Source of the DNA: Bacillota bacterium
Lineage (GTDB): Bacteria > Bacillota > DTU025
Direction of reading: 5' to 3'
Assembly (NCBI GenBank): GCA_050951805.1
Contig: JBMNJT010000002.1
Location: forward strand, 128,001 to 192,000
DNA: 64,000 nt
Position 1 is the first letter of the stretch. Each line of letters opens with the position of its first letter. Shown piece by piece: positions 40,063-50,073 of the stretch. A model generated the notes under the pieces. It saw only the letters and a list, made by a program, of their open reading frames with translations. It did not search any database and was not told where the DNA came from. Made by a program: the position numbers and the translations under genes.

Positions 40063-41442
40063 ATGAAGGTTAGAAAGAGACTCGCCGTTGCTGCTCTTCT
40101 TGCGGCAGCATTGCTCGCCGTATTGAGTGTGGGGGCATCGGCGGCAACCAAGTCCGTTGCGGTCGACGTGAAGTGCACGACAGGCAAACCCGTTCCCGTG
40201 TCGCTCACGATGGATGAAGTCCGTGAGGCCATCGGAGTAGACTTCCCGGCCAACTGGGATTCTCTAAAGGTAGTAGATGAAGACGGAAACGTCGTTCCTT
40301 TCCAGCTGGATGACGTGGACATGTCGGGAACAGTCTCTCGCTACGATGAGCTTGCCTTCCTGGCGACCGGCCGGGTCAAGATCGTCGTGTCAGATGAGGC
40401 GCCACAAGAGAAGCCAGTCTTTGAGCCGGCATTTCGCGTTCTCGAGATCGACGAGGACAACACGGTCATCGAAAGCCTTGACGGTCTTTTCAAGGTCAAA
40501 GTAGGTAAGCACGGGACCCTCGACATAATTGAGTACCGGGGCAAAGAACACAAGTATGCCAGGGATATCGGGATGATTAGGTACGCCGGGTTCCCCTACA
40601 GCACCTGGTGGTATGATGAGAACTACGACAGACACGAGGAGAAGACGACGTTTGAGGAGCCTCTCCGCCGCGTCAAGTTCGGGATTCTCGAGGCAGGGCC
40701 CGCCAGAATTACGGTGGTTGCACACAACGCATCTGATCTCTTCCCCGGCTTGCGCCAGCAGATGGTGGCGTCGATATATGCCACGGGAGAAATTAGGGTG
40801 TCGAACCGCGTGGTTTCTGCTGGATATGCCGACCTTACAAAGCTCTTTACTATGTGCGGAGGCGTCATGGCCGATGTTGAGGACGCAAGGCACATACTGC
40901 CCGTATTCCGCTGGATCGACTGGGCGGATGAGCTGAAGATGACTGCCGAGGAATACTGGGCCGAGCAGGGAGTGCTCACAAAAGTGGACGGTGCGTCCTA
41001 CATAGCCTTTGCAGATTCCCGCGGACCGAAGCCTGCGTGGTGGGGTGCTTCCTATCTCTTCTGCAGCCCCGAAAGATGGCGCGCCAACGTCTCAGCCAGT
41101 GAAGGCATGGGCGTCGCAGAATGCTTGATGGATGTGCCCGAGGTTGCAGATGATCTCGAGGGCAAGATCAACATGGAGCACTGGCACCTCGAAGGCGAAT
41201 GGAGGACCGGCTATTTCCGGTGGATCGCCGACGAGATCTTCGGCCTCAGGCAGAAGAATGAAATCCCTATAGACATAGAGGACCTCGAAGACAAGGGACC
41301 CAACTGGCCACTGCATATGATCCCAGGCGATGTCTTCGAGCACCTCAACTTCTATCTGCTATTTGATGCAGATGGTGTTGATTCCGCTGTCAGGTTCCTC
41401 GAGGCGAGATACGCCGAACTCGACAGCGTAGAGGTTCGATAG
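40063..41442 (+). CDS. Secreted hypothetical protein (beta-rich, Trp-rich)
   Basis: SD GAGGAGG, signal peptide, 459-aa ORF within the operon; 'SLKVVDEDGNVVPFQLDD...ELAF' resembles N-terminal modules of PUL hypotheticals. Confidence 0.75.
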   Translation: MKVRKRLAVAALLAAALLAVLSVGASAATKSVAVDVKCTTGKPVPVSLTMDEVREAIGVDFPANWDSLKVVDEDGNVVPFQLDDVDMSGTVSRYDELAFLATGRVKIVVSDEAPQEKPVFEPAFRVLEIDEDNTVIESLDGLFKVKVGKHGTLDIIEYRGKEHKYARDIGMIRYAGFPYSTWWYDENYDRHEEKTTFEEPLRRVKFGILEAGPARITVVAHNASDLFPGLRQQMVASIYATGEIRVSNRVVSAGYADLTKLFTMCGGVMADVEDARHILPVFRWIDWADELKMTAEEYWAEQGVLTKVDGASYIAFADSRGPKPAWWGASYLFCSPERWRANVSASEGMGVAECLMDVPEVADDLEGKINMEHWHLEGEWRTGYFRWIADEIFGLRQKNEIPIDIEDLEDKGPNWPLHMIPGDVFEHLNFYLLFDADGVDSAVRFLEARYAELDSVEVR

Positions 41443-41444
41443 CG

Positions 41445-42326
41445 ATGGCATTGGCATATGCGAATGAGGACAGGGGCGCGGCGTATGCCGCGCCCTTGGC
41501 CAAGCTTAGAGCAGTATTGCTTGTCGTCGCACTCTGCTTTGGGTTCGCTCTCGTCTCGCCCCGGGCGCCATCCGTTGCCGGTGCCGAGGCCTACACCGAA
41601 CCATATTTCGAATACATCAGTTCCGCATACTCCATAGGCATTTCGCTCGATCCCGTCTGCATCGACTATATTTCCATCGACCCTAAGAGCCAGGGAGAAC
41701 AACGTGATGTTCTCGCGTATGTGGGCAAGCCGTCCACTCTGTGGCTGGGGATCGGGGGATGGGGCACTCATATGCCGACAAAACCGTCCCGAGTGAAAGT
41801 TCTGGAAGAAGAAGGCAGGACCGTGCTGGCTATCTCAGACATCGAATTCGTGGGCTTTCTCAAGACGACATTCGGGGAGATCGCTCCTGTCCGGGCGGAT
41901 TGGGTATTCACATTCTATGAGGATTTCTTCGACATGGAACTCACCTGGCGCATTCAGGAGAATGTCGATGGATTGCAGGAGGCGGGCTGGGCACTTAACA
42001 TCGATTTGCCACGGTATGGCGATTCTGAGGAGGCCGTACGGCTCAATCAGGATGTCAATGGTTACCCCAAATGGATAGTGTGGTATGGGCCCGACCTCGG
42101 TGTGGCAGCAGCTCACAAGGAAGGTTCAACGAACCTCAGAGCGAACCGGTGGTATGGAAATCTGCCTTCGAGTTATGTGATAGTCCATACCTGGTGGAAG
42201 CCGGGGGGATCGGGCATCGACTGGGGAACGTACCCAGGCGGCATTTGGAGGGTGGGTTTCTTCGGAGGCGAAAAACAGCTCGATGCAGCTTGGGCTCTTT
42301 ATGGAGAACTCAACGGCATAGATTGA
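41445..42326 (+). CDS. Secreted hypothetical protein
   Basis: 293-aa ORF tightly coupled in the operon; hydrophobic N-terminus; many Trp residues. Confidence 0.7.
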   Translation: MALAYANEDRGAAYAAPLAKLRAVLLVVALCFGFALVSPRAPSVAGAEAYTEPYFEYISSAYSIGISLDPVCIDYISIDPKSQGEQRDVLAYVGKPSTLWLGIGGWGTHMPTKPSRVKVLEEEGRTVLAISDIEFVGFLKTTFGEIAPVRADWVFTFYEDFFDMELTWRIQENVDGLQEAGWALNIDLPRYGDSEEAVRLNQDVNGYPKWIVWYGPDLGVAAAHKEGSTNLRANRWYGNLPSSYVIVHTWWKPGGSGIDWGTYPGGIWRVGFFGGEKQLDAAWALYGELNGID

Positions 42327-42355
42327 GATAGATTGCAGCATGGAGGGGGCACCAT

Positions 42356-44218
42356 ATGAAGTTCATAACAGGCGTCAACTACTGGCCTAAAAACAAGGGG
42401 CTTGCGATGTGGAGGGACTTCGACATCCGTGAGATCGCAGGCGACATGGAAGCCATCGCGAAACTGGGCATGAACGCGGTGAGACTCTTTTTGAGGTGGA
42501 GCGATTTTCAGCCCGAGCCGGATCGAATTGACCGGACTATGATGGACAGGTTCGAGCAGGTGCTCGAGGCTGCCCACAAGGCGAAAATAGGAGTGATCCC
42601 AACGTTCTTCTGCGGCCACATGAGCGGAGAAAACTGGGACGTGCCTTGGCGCGGCGGGTGCGACCCTTACACCGATCCGAAGATGCTCAGGGCACAAGCG
42701 CTTCAAGTGCGCCATTTCGCCATGGCATACAGGGGCGATCCCAGGATCATCTGCTGGGACCTCGCCAACGAGCAGGATGTGTTCGTAAAGCCCCGGGATA
42801 GGCACTCCGGTTGGCTATGGACCCGGCTTCTCGCATCAGAGCTGAAGATGAATGACCCCGACCATCCGGTCACCCTTGGAACCCACATATCGAGCCTGTG
42901 GGAGGATTGCGGTTTTTGGCCGGAGGACCTAGCAGAATCCCTTGACTTCCTCTGCATGCATGCGTACCCGCTCTACTCGGATGCGTGCCCTGAGCGGATG
43001 GATGGCGTAAGAAGCACCTATTTTGTCCCGTTTTGCGCGGCCCTCACTCGTGCCCTAGGGCGCGGTGCTGACGTGCTTTTCGAGGAGTTTGGGGCGACAA
43101 GCCAGATGTGCGCAGAAGACGTGATTGAGCGATACTATACGACCAGCCTCTATGCGCTCCTTGCCGAGGAAGTGACAGGGGCGATGGGGTGGTGCTACGG
43201 GGATTTTTCAGTCGGCGACGAGCTTCCCTACGAGACGACCCCTTACGAAGTGGGGTTCGGCTTGGTAGACAGAGAAGGATGCCCCAAGGGCGCAGGACGC
43301 GCCATGGCCGAGTTCTGCAAGGCGCTTGATTGCGCGGGTGGCGGGGTAATGCACAAGGCTGAGGTTGGAGCCGCAATCGTAGTGCAAAGGCGTTACTACG
43401 AGAACTATGACCCCGATGTTACCCCGGCCCAAAACTTCAGGGTGCTCTTTAATTCCTACATAATGGCCAGACGGAGCGGGCTCAACCCGGAGATCGTGAC
43501 ATTCGACGATGACCTCGCAAGGTTTGAGGTTCTCTTCGTTCCAAGTGTTCCGCGGCGCGGTGCGATAAACACGTCGGATTGGAGGCGTCTGACGAAATTC
43601 GTGGAGGACGGGGGGACACTGTATTTGTCCTATAACGGCGTAGCCTTGGAAGGCATGGGGGATGTATTCGGCATAGACGTCAGGTATCCCACAAACGAAG
43701 GGGAAGGAACCTTACTCCGGCTATGCCGGCCCGAAGCTGTGGATACGATGCTGCCCATCGTGAACAGGACCGGAAGACGGATGGTCGTAGATCCGGCAGG
43801 GGCTATGGCGCTTTGGACACGAGATGACGGATCTTTCGCAGTTGTTGCTGCGAAGTTCGGACGCGGAACGGCAGTATTCTGTGACTTTCCGTTGGAGCTG
43901 TCCATTTCCTATGAGCCCAATATCTACCAGCGCGGCGCCTATGAAGAGGTATACAAGGACGTAGTCTCACTATCGGAGTGGCAGGAGCCTGCGTGGACCG
44001 ACTCTCCCGATGTTGGGGCTACAGTTCTCCAATCGAATACCGGCGATCTGCTGGTGTTAGTCAACTTCTCCCATGAGCTGCGCAACGTGGATGTATGGTG
44101 GCCTGGGTCAACCACCGTGGAAGTAGTCACAAGAAAAGACGAATTGGAGTGCGATTCCGATGGGCGGTTCAGATTCCCTCTTCCAAGCAATGAGGGGGTT
44201 ATCCTCCGGCAGCGGTGA
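42356..44218 (+). CDS. Clan GH-A glycoside hydrolase (GH5-like beta-mannosidase)
   Basis: GVNYWP, GHMSGENW, WDLANE (acid/base), MHAYP, EEFG (nucleophile); C-terminal GATase-like domain; no signal peptide. Confidence 0.85.
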   Translation: MKFITGVNYWPKNKGLAMWRDFDIREIAGDMEAIAKLGMNAVRLFLRWSDFQPEPDRIDRTMMDRFEQVLEAAHKAKIGVIPTFFCGHMSGENWDVPWRGGCDPYTDPKMLRAQALQVRHFAMAYRGDPRIICWDLANEQDVFVKPRDRHSGWLWTRLLASELKMNDPDHPVTLGTHISSLWEDCGFWPEDLAESLDFLCMHAYPLYSDACPERMDGVRSTYFVPFCAALTRALGRGADVLFEEFGATSQMCAEDVIERYYTTSLYALLAEEVTGAMGWCYGDFSVGDELPYETTPYEVGFGLVDREGCPKGAGRAMAEFCKALDCAGGGVMHKAEVGAAIVVQRRYYENYDPDVTPAQNFRVLFNSYIMARRSGLNPEIVTFDDDLARFEVLFVPSVPRRGAINTSDWRRLTKFVEDGGTLYLSYNGVALEGMGDVFGIDVRYPTNEGEGTLLRLCRPEAVDTMLPIVNRTGRRMVVDPAGAMALWTRDDGSFAVVAAKFGRGTAVFCDFPLELSISYEPNIYQRGAYEEVYKDVVSLSEWQEPAWTDSPDVGATVLQSNTGDLLVLVNFSHELRNVDVWWPGSTTVEVVTRKDELECDSDGRFRFPLPSNEGVILRQR

Positions 44219-44265
44219 GTGCCATCTTGTCGGGATTGATGTACCGTCTGTGGGTTAAAGTGCTT

Positions 44266-44317
44266 CATGTAGCTTCGCCGCGCTTTGAGCTATCTGGGGG
44301 CGCGGCGAAGCTACATG
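44266..44317. terminator. 18-bp perfect hairpin between convergent genes
   Basis: CATGTAGCTTCGCCGCGC...GCGCGGCGAAGCTACATG. Confidence 0.7.
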
Positions 44318-44400
44318 TGAAAGATGTTTGCCCGCATCGCGCCAGAAGCCCCAAACCTGGTTTAACCGTGAAGCGGGACACTGGCCCGGGCAATTCGTTG

Positions 44401-46029
44401 CTATGCCGTGGGCTTTAACTCTTGTTTTTGCGTACTGCCCAGAACGTTGAATGCTTCTATGATCAACCAGACTTCCAGAAGGATGATTATTGCGTCGATG
44501 GTCGTAAGCAGCCAGTTGGACTGGCTGATATACTGCAACAAGTTTGCGATCATGCCCCATGTGGTGATGATGATCATGAATACCATGGGCACTGCTGTGT
44601 ATGCCGTGGGCTGCTTATTCTCGGCCAGATATACCGTGACTGTGAGCAATGCGAGTCCGGCGAGGAGCTGGTTGGTCGCGCCGAACAGTGGCCAGATAAC
44701 GTTCGCACTGCCGCGGAAGGCCAGCAAGTAGGCGCTGACTACTGCGATAAGCGCTGCGATGTACTTGTTTTGCATCCAGCCTATCTGGAAGTCCTCGCCG
44801 AATTCGGAGATTACGTACCGTTGCAGACGGGTTGCCGTGTCTATTGTCGTGCTTGCGAAGCTCACCATGAAGACTGCCAGGATGTTGAGGGCGAAGGCCT
44901 CAGGGATTCCGAGTGCGCCTACTATTCTGGCGCCGCCTTCAGCAAATGTGGGCAACGTAGGAATCTTGGCGAAGTTCGAGTATGTCTCGAGCCAAGTTTC
45001 GGAGGAGACGCCTGTGCATACAGCAATTATTACCAGAGTTGCAAGGGCCGCTTCGAGCAGCATTCCGCCGTATCCTACTGCAAGGGCATGCGGTTCGCTG
45101 GCTATCTGCTTCGAGCTTGTGCCGCTCGACACCAGAGAATGGAACCCCGATATTGCACCACAAGCTATCGTTATGAACAGGAATGGCATCATTGACGGTG
45201 CTCCTGCAGGCGCATGGACCACTGCCGGCGCGACTATCGGTTGCGGTCTTACGATGATGCCTATGATGAGGAGTACCATGGCGACCAGAAGTTCGAGCGC
45301 GTTGATGTAGTCTCGCGGTTGTAGCAGCTTTTGGACTGGCATTGTTGATGCGAAGAAGATGTAGACCATTATTATGATGAGCCAGACTTCGTTGGTCAGT
45401 TCTAGCGGGATGTACAGCCCGATCCAGATCGTAAGGTACATCAATACTATGGCCACTACGGAGCCGACGGCGAGATTCCCCTTCTTTTGGTACAGGTAAT
45501 ACGAGAGCCCCATGGCTATGGGTATCTCGACCCAAATAGGGAAGACGCATTGTGGGTATTGGACGAAGAGGTTCGCCATCAGCAGGGCGAATATGGCGAT
45601 AACGATCCACAGGCAGAAGAAGATGATCGTGAAGAATAGGGTCCGTGCACGGGGATTGATGACTGTTCCGGTGATGTCGCCTATTGACTTGCCGTCGTGG
45701 CGCATTGACAGGACTAATGCGCCTAGGTCATGGACGGCTCCGGCGAATATCGATCCGAAGATCACCCACAGAAGCGCGGGTACCCAGCCCCATATCACGC
45801 CGAGAACCGGTCCCACGATTGGCCCGGTTCCCGCAATCGATGTGAAATGGTGACCAGCGAGGATGAACTTATTGGTCGGGACGTAGTCCACACCATCATT
45901 GAACTTCTCAGCAGGAGTGATGTTCTTCGTAGCGAGCTGGAACACTTTAGAGCCCAGTCTCTTTCCATACAGGTTGTAGGCGAGGATGTACAGAGCGAAG
46001 GTAACTACCATCACCAACAGAGAATTCAC
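44401..46029 (-). CDS. cstA: Carbon starvation protein A (peptide/pyruvate transporter)
   Basis: DGVDYVPT, GHHFTSIAGTGPIVGP, LLQPRDY, FITIACGAISGFH, WPLFGATNQLLA. Confidence 0.95.
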   Translation of the reverse strand: MNSLLVMVVTFALYILAYNLYGKRLGSKVFQLATKNITPAEKFNDGVDYVPTNKFILAGHHFTSIAGTGPIVGPVLGVIWGWVPALLWVIFGSIFAGAVHDLGALVLSMRHDGKSIGDITGTVINPRARTLFFTIIFFCLWIVIAIFALLMANLFVQYPQCVFPIWVEIPIAMGLSYYLYQKKGNLAVGSVVAIVLMYLTIWIGLYIPLELTNEVWLIIIMVYIFFASTMPVQKLLQPRDYINALELLVAMVLLIIGIIVRPQPIVAPAVVHAPAGAPSMMPFLFITIACGAISGFHSLVSSGTSSKQIASEPHALAVGYGGMLLEAALATLVIIAVCTGVSSETWLETYSNFAKIPTLPTFAEGGARIVGALGIPEAFALNILAVFMVSFASTTIDTATRLQRYVISEFGEDFQIGWMQNKYIAALIAVVSAYLLAFRGSANVIWPLFGATNQLLAGLALLTVTVYLAENKQPTAYTAVPMVFMIIITTWGMIANLLQYISQSNWLLTTIDAIIILLEVWLIIEAFNVLGSTQKQELKPTA

Positions 46030-46206
46030 CTAGTCCACCTCCCAGTATCATTAGGGGGAGCGTTCAGGCGCTGCCCGGACAGGTATTCGCCATCTTCTGC
46101 CGAGTTCCTGCTATATTTACTAAAGAATCTACATATGTATACCATTTGGCATGCACTTCATGGAGGATATGGCAAGCCCTTGATACGGAAGAGTCTTACC
46201 TTTACG

Positions 46207-47025
46207 CTACTTCTCATCTTCTGTCGCCAATCGCCTCATTGCCTCAAGAGCGATATCGATTGCGAGGTCTTCGCCCTCTAGGAATCCGGTGTTTGCTGCA
46301 TGGTCAGCCCATGGCCCCGAGGCGTCAGGTCTGACGCCGCTGTCTCCTGTATCCATGACGAAAATGGCGCCACAGCGGAATTGTCGAACGTGGCCTAGGA
46401 TGAATACGGTATCTGTCTCCATTTCTATGCAGATTGCGCCCGCGTCAGCAAGCATCTTGTCGAAACTTGGGTCAGCGGGCGCGTAGAAGATGTCGGTGGA
46501 AGCTACTACGCCCAAGTGGAAAACGGCGCCGCTTTCGTTGGCCGCGTCGTACAGTGCGCGGGTGACATGGAAATCGGCCGCGGCGGGGAACGGGATGGGA
46601 AGGAGTCTCCTTGTTGCGCCTCCATCGCGGTAGGCTGCGGTGGCGATTGCGATGTCTCCCACTCCCATGCCGGGCTGCAAGGCGCCGGCAGAGCCCACTC
46701 TGATAAAGGTGTCTGCGCCGAGCATGCCCAGCTCTTCCATGGCTATGGCAGCTTGAGGCCCTCCCATCCCTGTGGAACAGACGGTCATCTTCACTCCTTT
46801 GTAGGTTCCTGTGTGAACGAATATGGCGCGGTTGGCACTGACCTGAGCTGCGTTATCGAGTCGTTCGGCGATCTTCAGGCCTCTTATGTGATCACCCGGG
46901 ACAAAGCAGTATCGGGAGATCTCATCTGGCATTGCCTTTATGTGATGCTGCGGATAGTGCGATCCGCTAACATTGGCTACTTCCAACTTGAGATGGGGTT
47001 TGCGATTGTCCGATGCTCGTGTCAT
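46207..47025 (-). CDS. Nucleoside phosphorylase (uridine phosphorylase-like)
   Basis: PGDHIR, STGMGGPQAAIAMEEL, FIRVGSAGA, IEMET; ATG at 47025 with SD GAGGAGG. Confidence 0.88.
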   Translation of the reverse strand: MTRASDNRKPHLKLEVANVSGSHYPQHHIKAMPDEISRYCFVPGDHIRGLKIAERLDNAAQVSANRAIFVHTGTYKGVKMTVCSTGMGGPQAAIAMEELGMLGADTFIRVGSAGALQPGMGVGDIAIATAAYRDGGATRRLLPIPFPAAADFHVTRALYDAANESGAVFHLGVVASTDIFYAPADPSFDKMLADAGAICIEMETDTVFILGHVRQFRCGAIFVMDTGDSGVRPDASGPWADHAANTGFLEGEDLAIDIALEAMRRLATEDEK

Positions 47026-47135
47026 TCTCGTTCCTCCTCGGTTTTGCAGTACATGTGTGCCGGGCATGTCCGCCCTTTGCAAACGGTCATACCCGGCATA
47101 TCTGGTGATCTTGGCGGGTGCAGGCATATTGTTGC

Positions 47136-48176
47136 CTAGTTGCTCAGGGTTAACAGCAACATGAGAAATTCCGGAGGCATGTTGTATATGTCGATCTCGG
47201 GAAATTCTTTTCCCATGATATAAGGGATGTTAACAAAGGTTTGTCCGTTGTGCCAGAAAACTTGATCGCTCAGGGGGTTCAAGGCGACATGGACGGCGTC
47301 ATTAGCTATCTCGGCCATTGCCATGAGGGCGAGCATTACGCCCTCATCTGCTATTGGGTAGATGAAGACCACGTTGTGGGCGGGTGCGCTGACGAGTGCG
47401 CCGTAAGGCCCCATTGCGCCCGGCAATCTGTCGATGGCAAGCATGTGGGCTGAAATGGGGTGTCCCGCAGACTCCACAATGATGAGGTTGAGCCCGGGAA
47501 GCACACTGGCTTCGACAGTGGTCACAGGATATTTTGCAAGCGTGTTTTCCATGGCGGTGGAGAAGAGCTCGTCTATGTCGAAGTCCCATTTCTCGATATC
47601 TTTCCATTCGGCTGTAACGCTCATATCTGAGAAATCCCATACGAGGCAAGTGATCAGGCCATCGATATCACGGCGGTATACGGGCTCTTCGTCCGGAAAC
47701 CGCACGAGATAGTCTGCTGGGTACAGGCACACGCCTAGGTGGCAAATGGCGTCATCGAGGCTTTGGAAGCTGTTTACCAGGCTTCTGATCTCTTCAATGC
47801 TGTTGAAGACGATCTCTACGTAGACCTCGATGACCTCCTCCCAATCTTCTTCGGCGACATAAGCGAGGAAAAGCCGCAGATCCCGGAAGATCAAGTTGTG
47901 GCTTTGCCCATCCGGGAAGGTCATGAGCAAGTAGTCCTCTTCAATGCGAGCCTGGCAGCCTCGCTGTTGTAATGCTTGGATGAGCATGTCAGAGATTTCT
48001 TCAGGGCCCACAGGCTCGAGCATTCCAGCGGGCGGGCCTATGTCCTGGGGGGCGGCGATGGCGCAACGGGGGATGATTGCCAGGACGATAATGGCGATGA
48101 TCGCTGCCCGGGATTTGCCGCAGTGCGCTTGACGGGTCTGAGAAGACGTGAATGAGGCGATGGCGCAACGGTTCAT
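47136..48176 (-). CDS. Hypothetical exported protein
   Basis: SD AGGAGG, hydrophobic signal-like stretch, acidic 346-aa ORF; family not recognised. Confidence 0.7.
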   Translation of the reverse strand: MNRCAIASFTSSQTRQAHCGKSRAAIIAIIVLAIIPRCAIAAPQDIGPPAGMLEPVGPEEISDMLIQALQQRGCQARIEEDYLLMTFPDGQSHNLIFRDLRLFLAYVAEEDWEEVIEVYVEIVFNSIEEIRSLVNSFQSLDDAICHLGVCLYPADYLVRFPDEEPVYRRDIDGLITCLVWDFSDMSVTAEWKDIEKWDFDIDELFSTAMENTLAKYPVTTVEASVLPGLNLIIVESAGHPISAHMLAIDRLPGAMGPYGALVSAPAHNVVFIYPIADEGVMLALMAMAEIANDAVHVALNPLSDQVFWHNGQTFVNIPYIMGKEFPEIDIYNMPPEFLMLLLTLSN

Positions 48177-48415
48177 TTGAGTCCCTCCTATAATCGGGTG
48201 AGTCTCCTTTCTTCGGTTTGGGCAACAACTCCTTCCTACAGTACTCCTATAAATTCGCGTCTTCACAACACGCTGATTTGGTGCTAATCTTGATGCCGTC
48301 TACGTCGGCAGAATGGTCCGAACTTCTGCGGTGCATCTGATTGTTTCCGCTTGGATGTGGAAGAAGCAATCCGGCTTTTTTGGGGGCGCGACTATCATGA
48401 CTGGAGGAAACGGCA

Positions 48416-49975
48416 ATGGACGGAGCTTATCCATACTGGGGTTTGGCTGCGGCGGCTCTCGGGGTTTACACGTTGGCGATGCTCGGGATAGGGGCGTGGG
48501 CGGGCAGGCAAGTGAAGGACGCGGAGGATTACATTGTTGCGGGAAGAAAACTCGGTTTTCCGCTTCTGTTCGGCACCGTGCTCGCCACCTGGATCTGCGG
48601 CGGGCTGTTCATGGGAGGAATGGCTGAATCCTATAAGCACGGATTCCAGGGGGCTATCCTCGATCCAGTGGGCCCTGGGTTGTGGCTTTTGGTTGCCCCC
48701 GTCTTCTACTGCATTCTCATGCGCAGGGCCAGGTACATGACTGTGCCCGACATGATATCTACCAGATACAGCAAACATGCCGGGCTCATCTGCTCGCTGG
48801 CGATTGTAGTATACGAGCTGTTTTGGGTCTGCGCCACTGTGACTGCGTTTGGCTCGATCTTGTCCACCTTTTTAAACTGGCCGCTATGGGTGGGGATCCT
48901 TGCTGGCGGATTAGTTCTCATTGTCTACACGTGGCAGGGCGGGATGTGGGCGGTTACCGTTACTGACCTTGTCCAGATGGTCCTTCTTTGCATAGGCATG
49001 ATCATGATGCTGGGGCGAGTGGTGGATCTGGCCGGGGGCTGGCATGCGCTCATCGCCAATGCGGCAACTAAGGAGAATGCTTTGCCTTTCAATGTCTTGC
49101 CGGGGTCGGGCGGGTTCTACGGGTGGACCGGGATGTGGGCCTGGTCATACCTGATTTCCGGCGTCGTTGCCGGCTTGGGGGCGAATGCGGCTGCTCAGGA
49201 CTATTGGGAACGGGCTCTTTCAGGACGATCAATAAAGACGATTATCTGGGCTAGCGCAACAGCGGGCCTGGTCTACCTGGCGCTAGGTTCGATCCCATAC
49301 TTCATAGGCATCGGGGCGTACGAGATAGCGCCTTCGCTCAGCGCTGAGCAGGTGGAATCTTTGGGGCCGTGGCTCCTTGTGAACTACTTCAGTCCGGCGG
49401 CGGCCACGTTCATCGCTGTTGCCATGGCTGCAGCAGTGATGAGCAGCGCCGACAGCGGATTGCTCGCTCTTGCCTCGGTTTGCGGGAAGAACCTCCTGCA
49501 GCTGTTGAACCCTAAGGCTGGGGATGGGGATGTTCTGAAGTGGACGAGGAGATGGGTGACCATAGGCGGTATCATAAGCCTCGTGATGGCCCTCTTTTTT
49601 CAGGAGATTTTCCGCGTGCAGATATTTGGCCATGCTATCTTAGCCATTGCCGCTTTCCCAATGATGACTCTTGGACTCTTTGACCGCAAATCGAACAATC
49701 TGGGCGCTTTGACAGGGACCTATTTGGGAATGGGCGTATGGATCGGGTTCTCTCTCTTTCTCACTCATGTTCAGGGGGCAGGTTTTTGGGATGCATCTGA
49801 GATCGCCATGCTTCCGGCGCTGATCGTCAGTTTTGCGACGATGTTCGTAGTATCGAGGCTGACTGCAGCTGCGGATCCGCCCAAGTGCCTTGTGGATGTG
49901 GACGGAAATCCATTGCCCACTTCAGGGGCTGTGCTTTCCTGCAAGGCTCTTTTTCGCAGGGGAGAGATTGAATGA
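48416..49975 (+). CDS. Sodium:solute symporter family protein
   Basis: DYIVAGR.L, ATWICGG, GGMWAVTVTD.VQ, AAVMSSADS. Confidence 0.93.
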   Translation: MDGAYPYWGLAAAALGVYTLAMLGIGAWAGRQVKDAEDYIVAGRKLGFPLLFGTVLATWICGGLFMGGMAESYKHGFQGAILDPVGPGLWLLVAPVFYCILMRRARYMTVPDMISTRYSKHAGLICSLAIVVYELFWVCATVTAFGSILSTFLNWPLWVGILAGGLVLIVYTWQGGMWAVTVTDLVQMVLLCIGMIMMLGRVVDLAGGWHALIANAATKENALPFNVLPGSGGFYGWTGMWAWSYLISGVVAGLGANAAAQDYWERALSGRSIKTIIWASATAGLVYLALGSIPYFIGIGAYEIAPSLSAEQVESLGPWLLVNYFSPAAATFIAVAMAAAVMSSADSGLLALASVCGKNLLQLLNPKAGDGDVLKWTRRWVTIGGIISLVMALFFQEIFRVQIFGHAILAIAAFPMMTLGLFDRKSNNLGALTGTYLGMGVWIGFSLFLTHVQGAGFWDASEIAMLPALIVSFATMFVVSRLTAAADPPKCLVDVDGNPLPTSGAVLSCKALFRRGEIE

Positions 49976-50073
49976 GCATCTAAGAGACGGTTTATCAGGA
50001 ATGGTCTTTGCTTTGCCTGGACATTGGCGCGGGGGCATCTGCTGGCCGCCTCCCGCGCCAATCAAGTTCTAGG

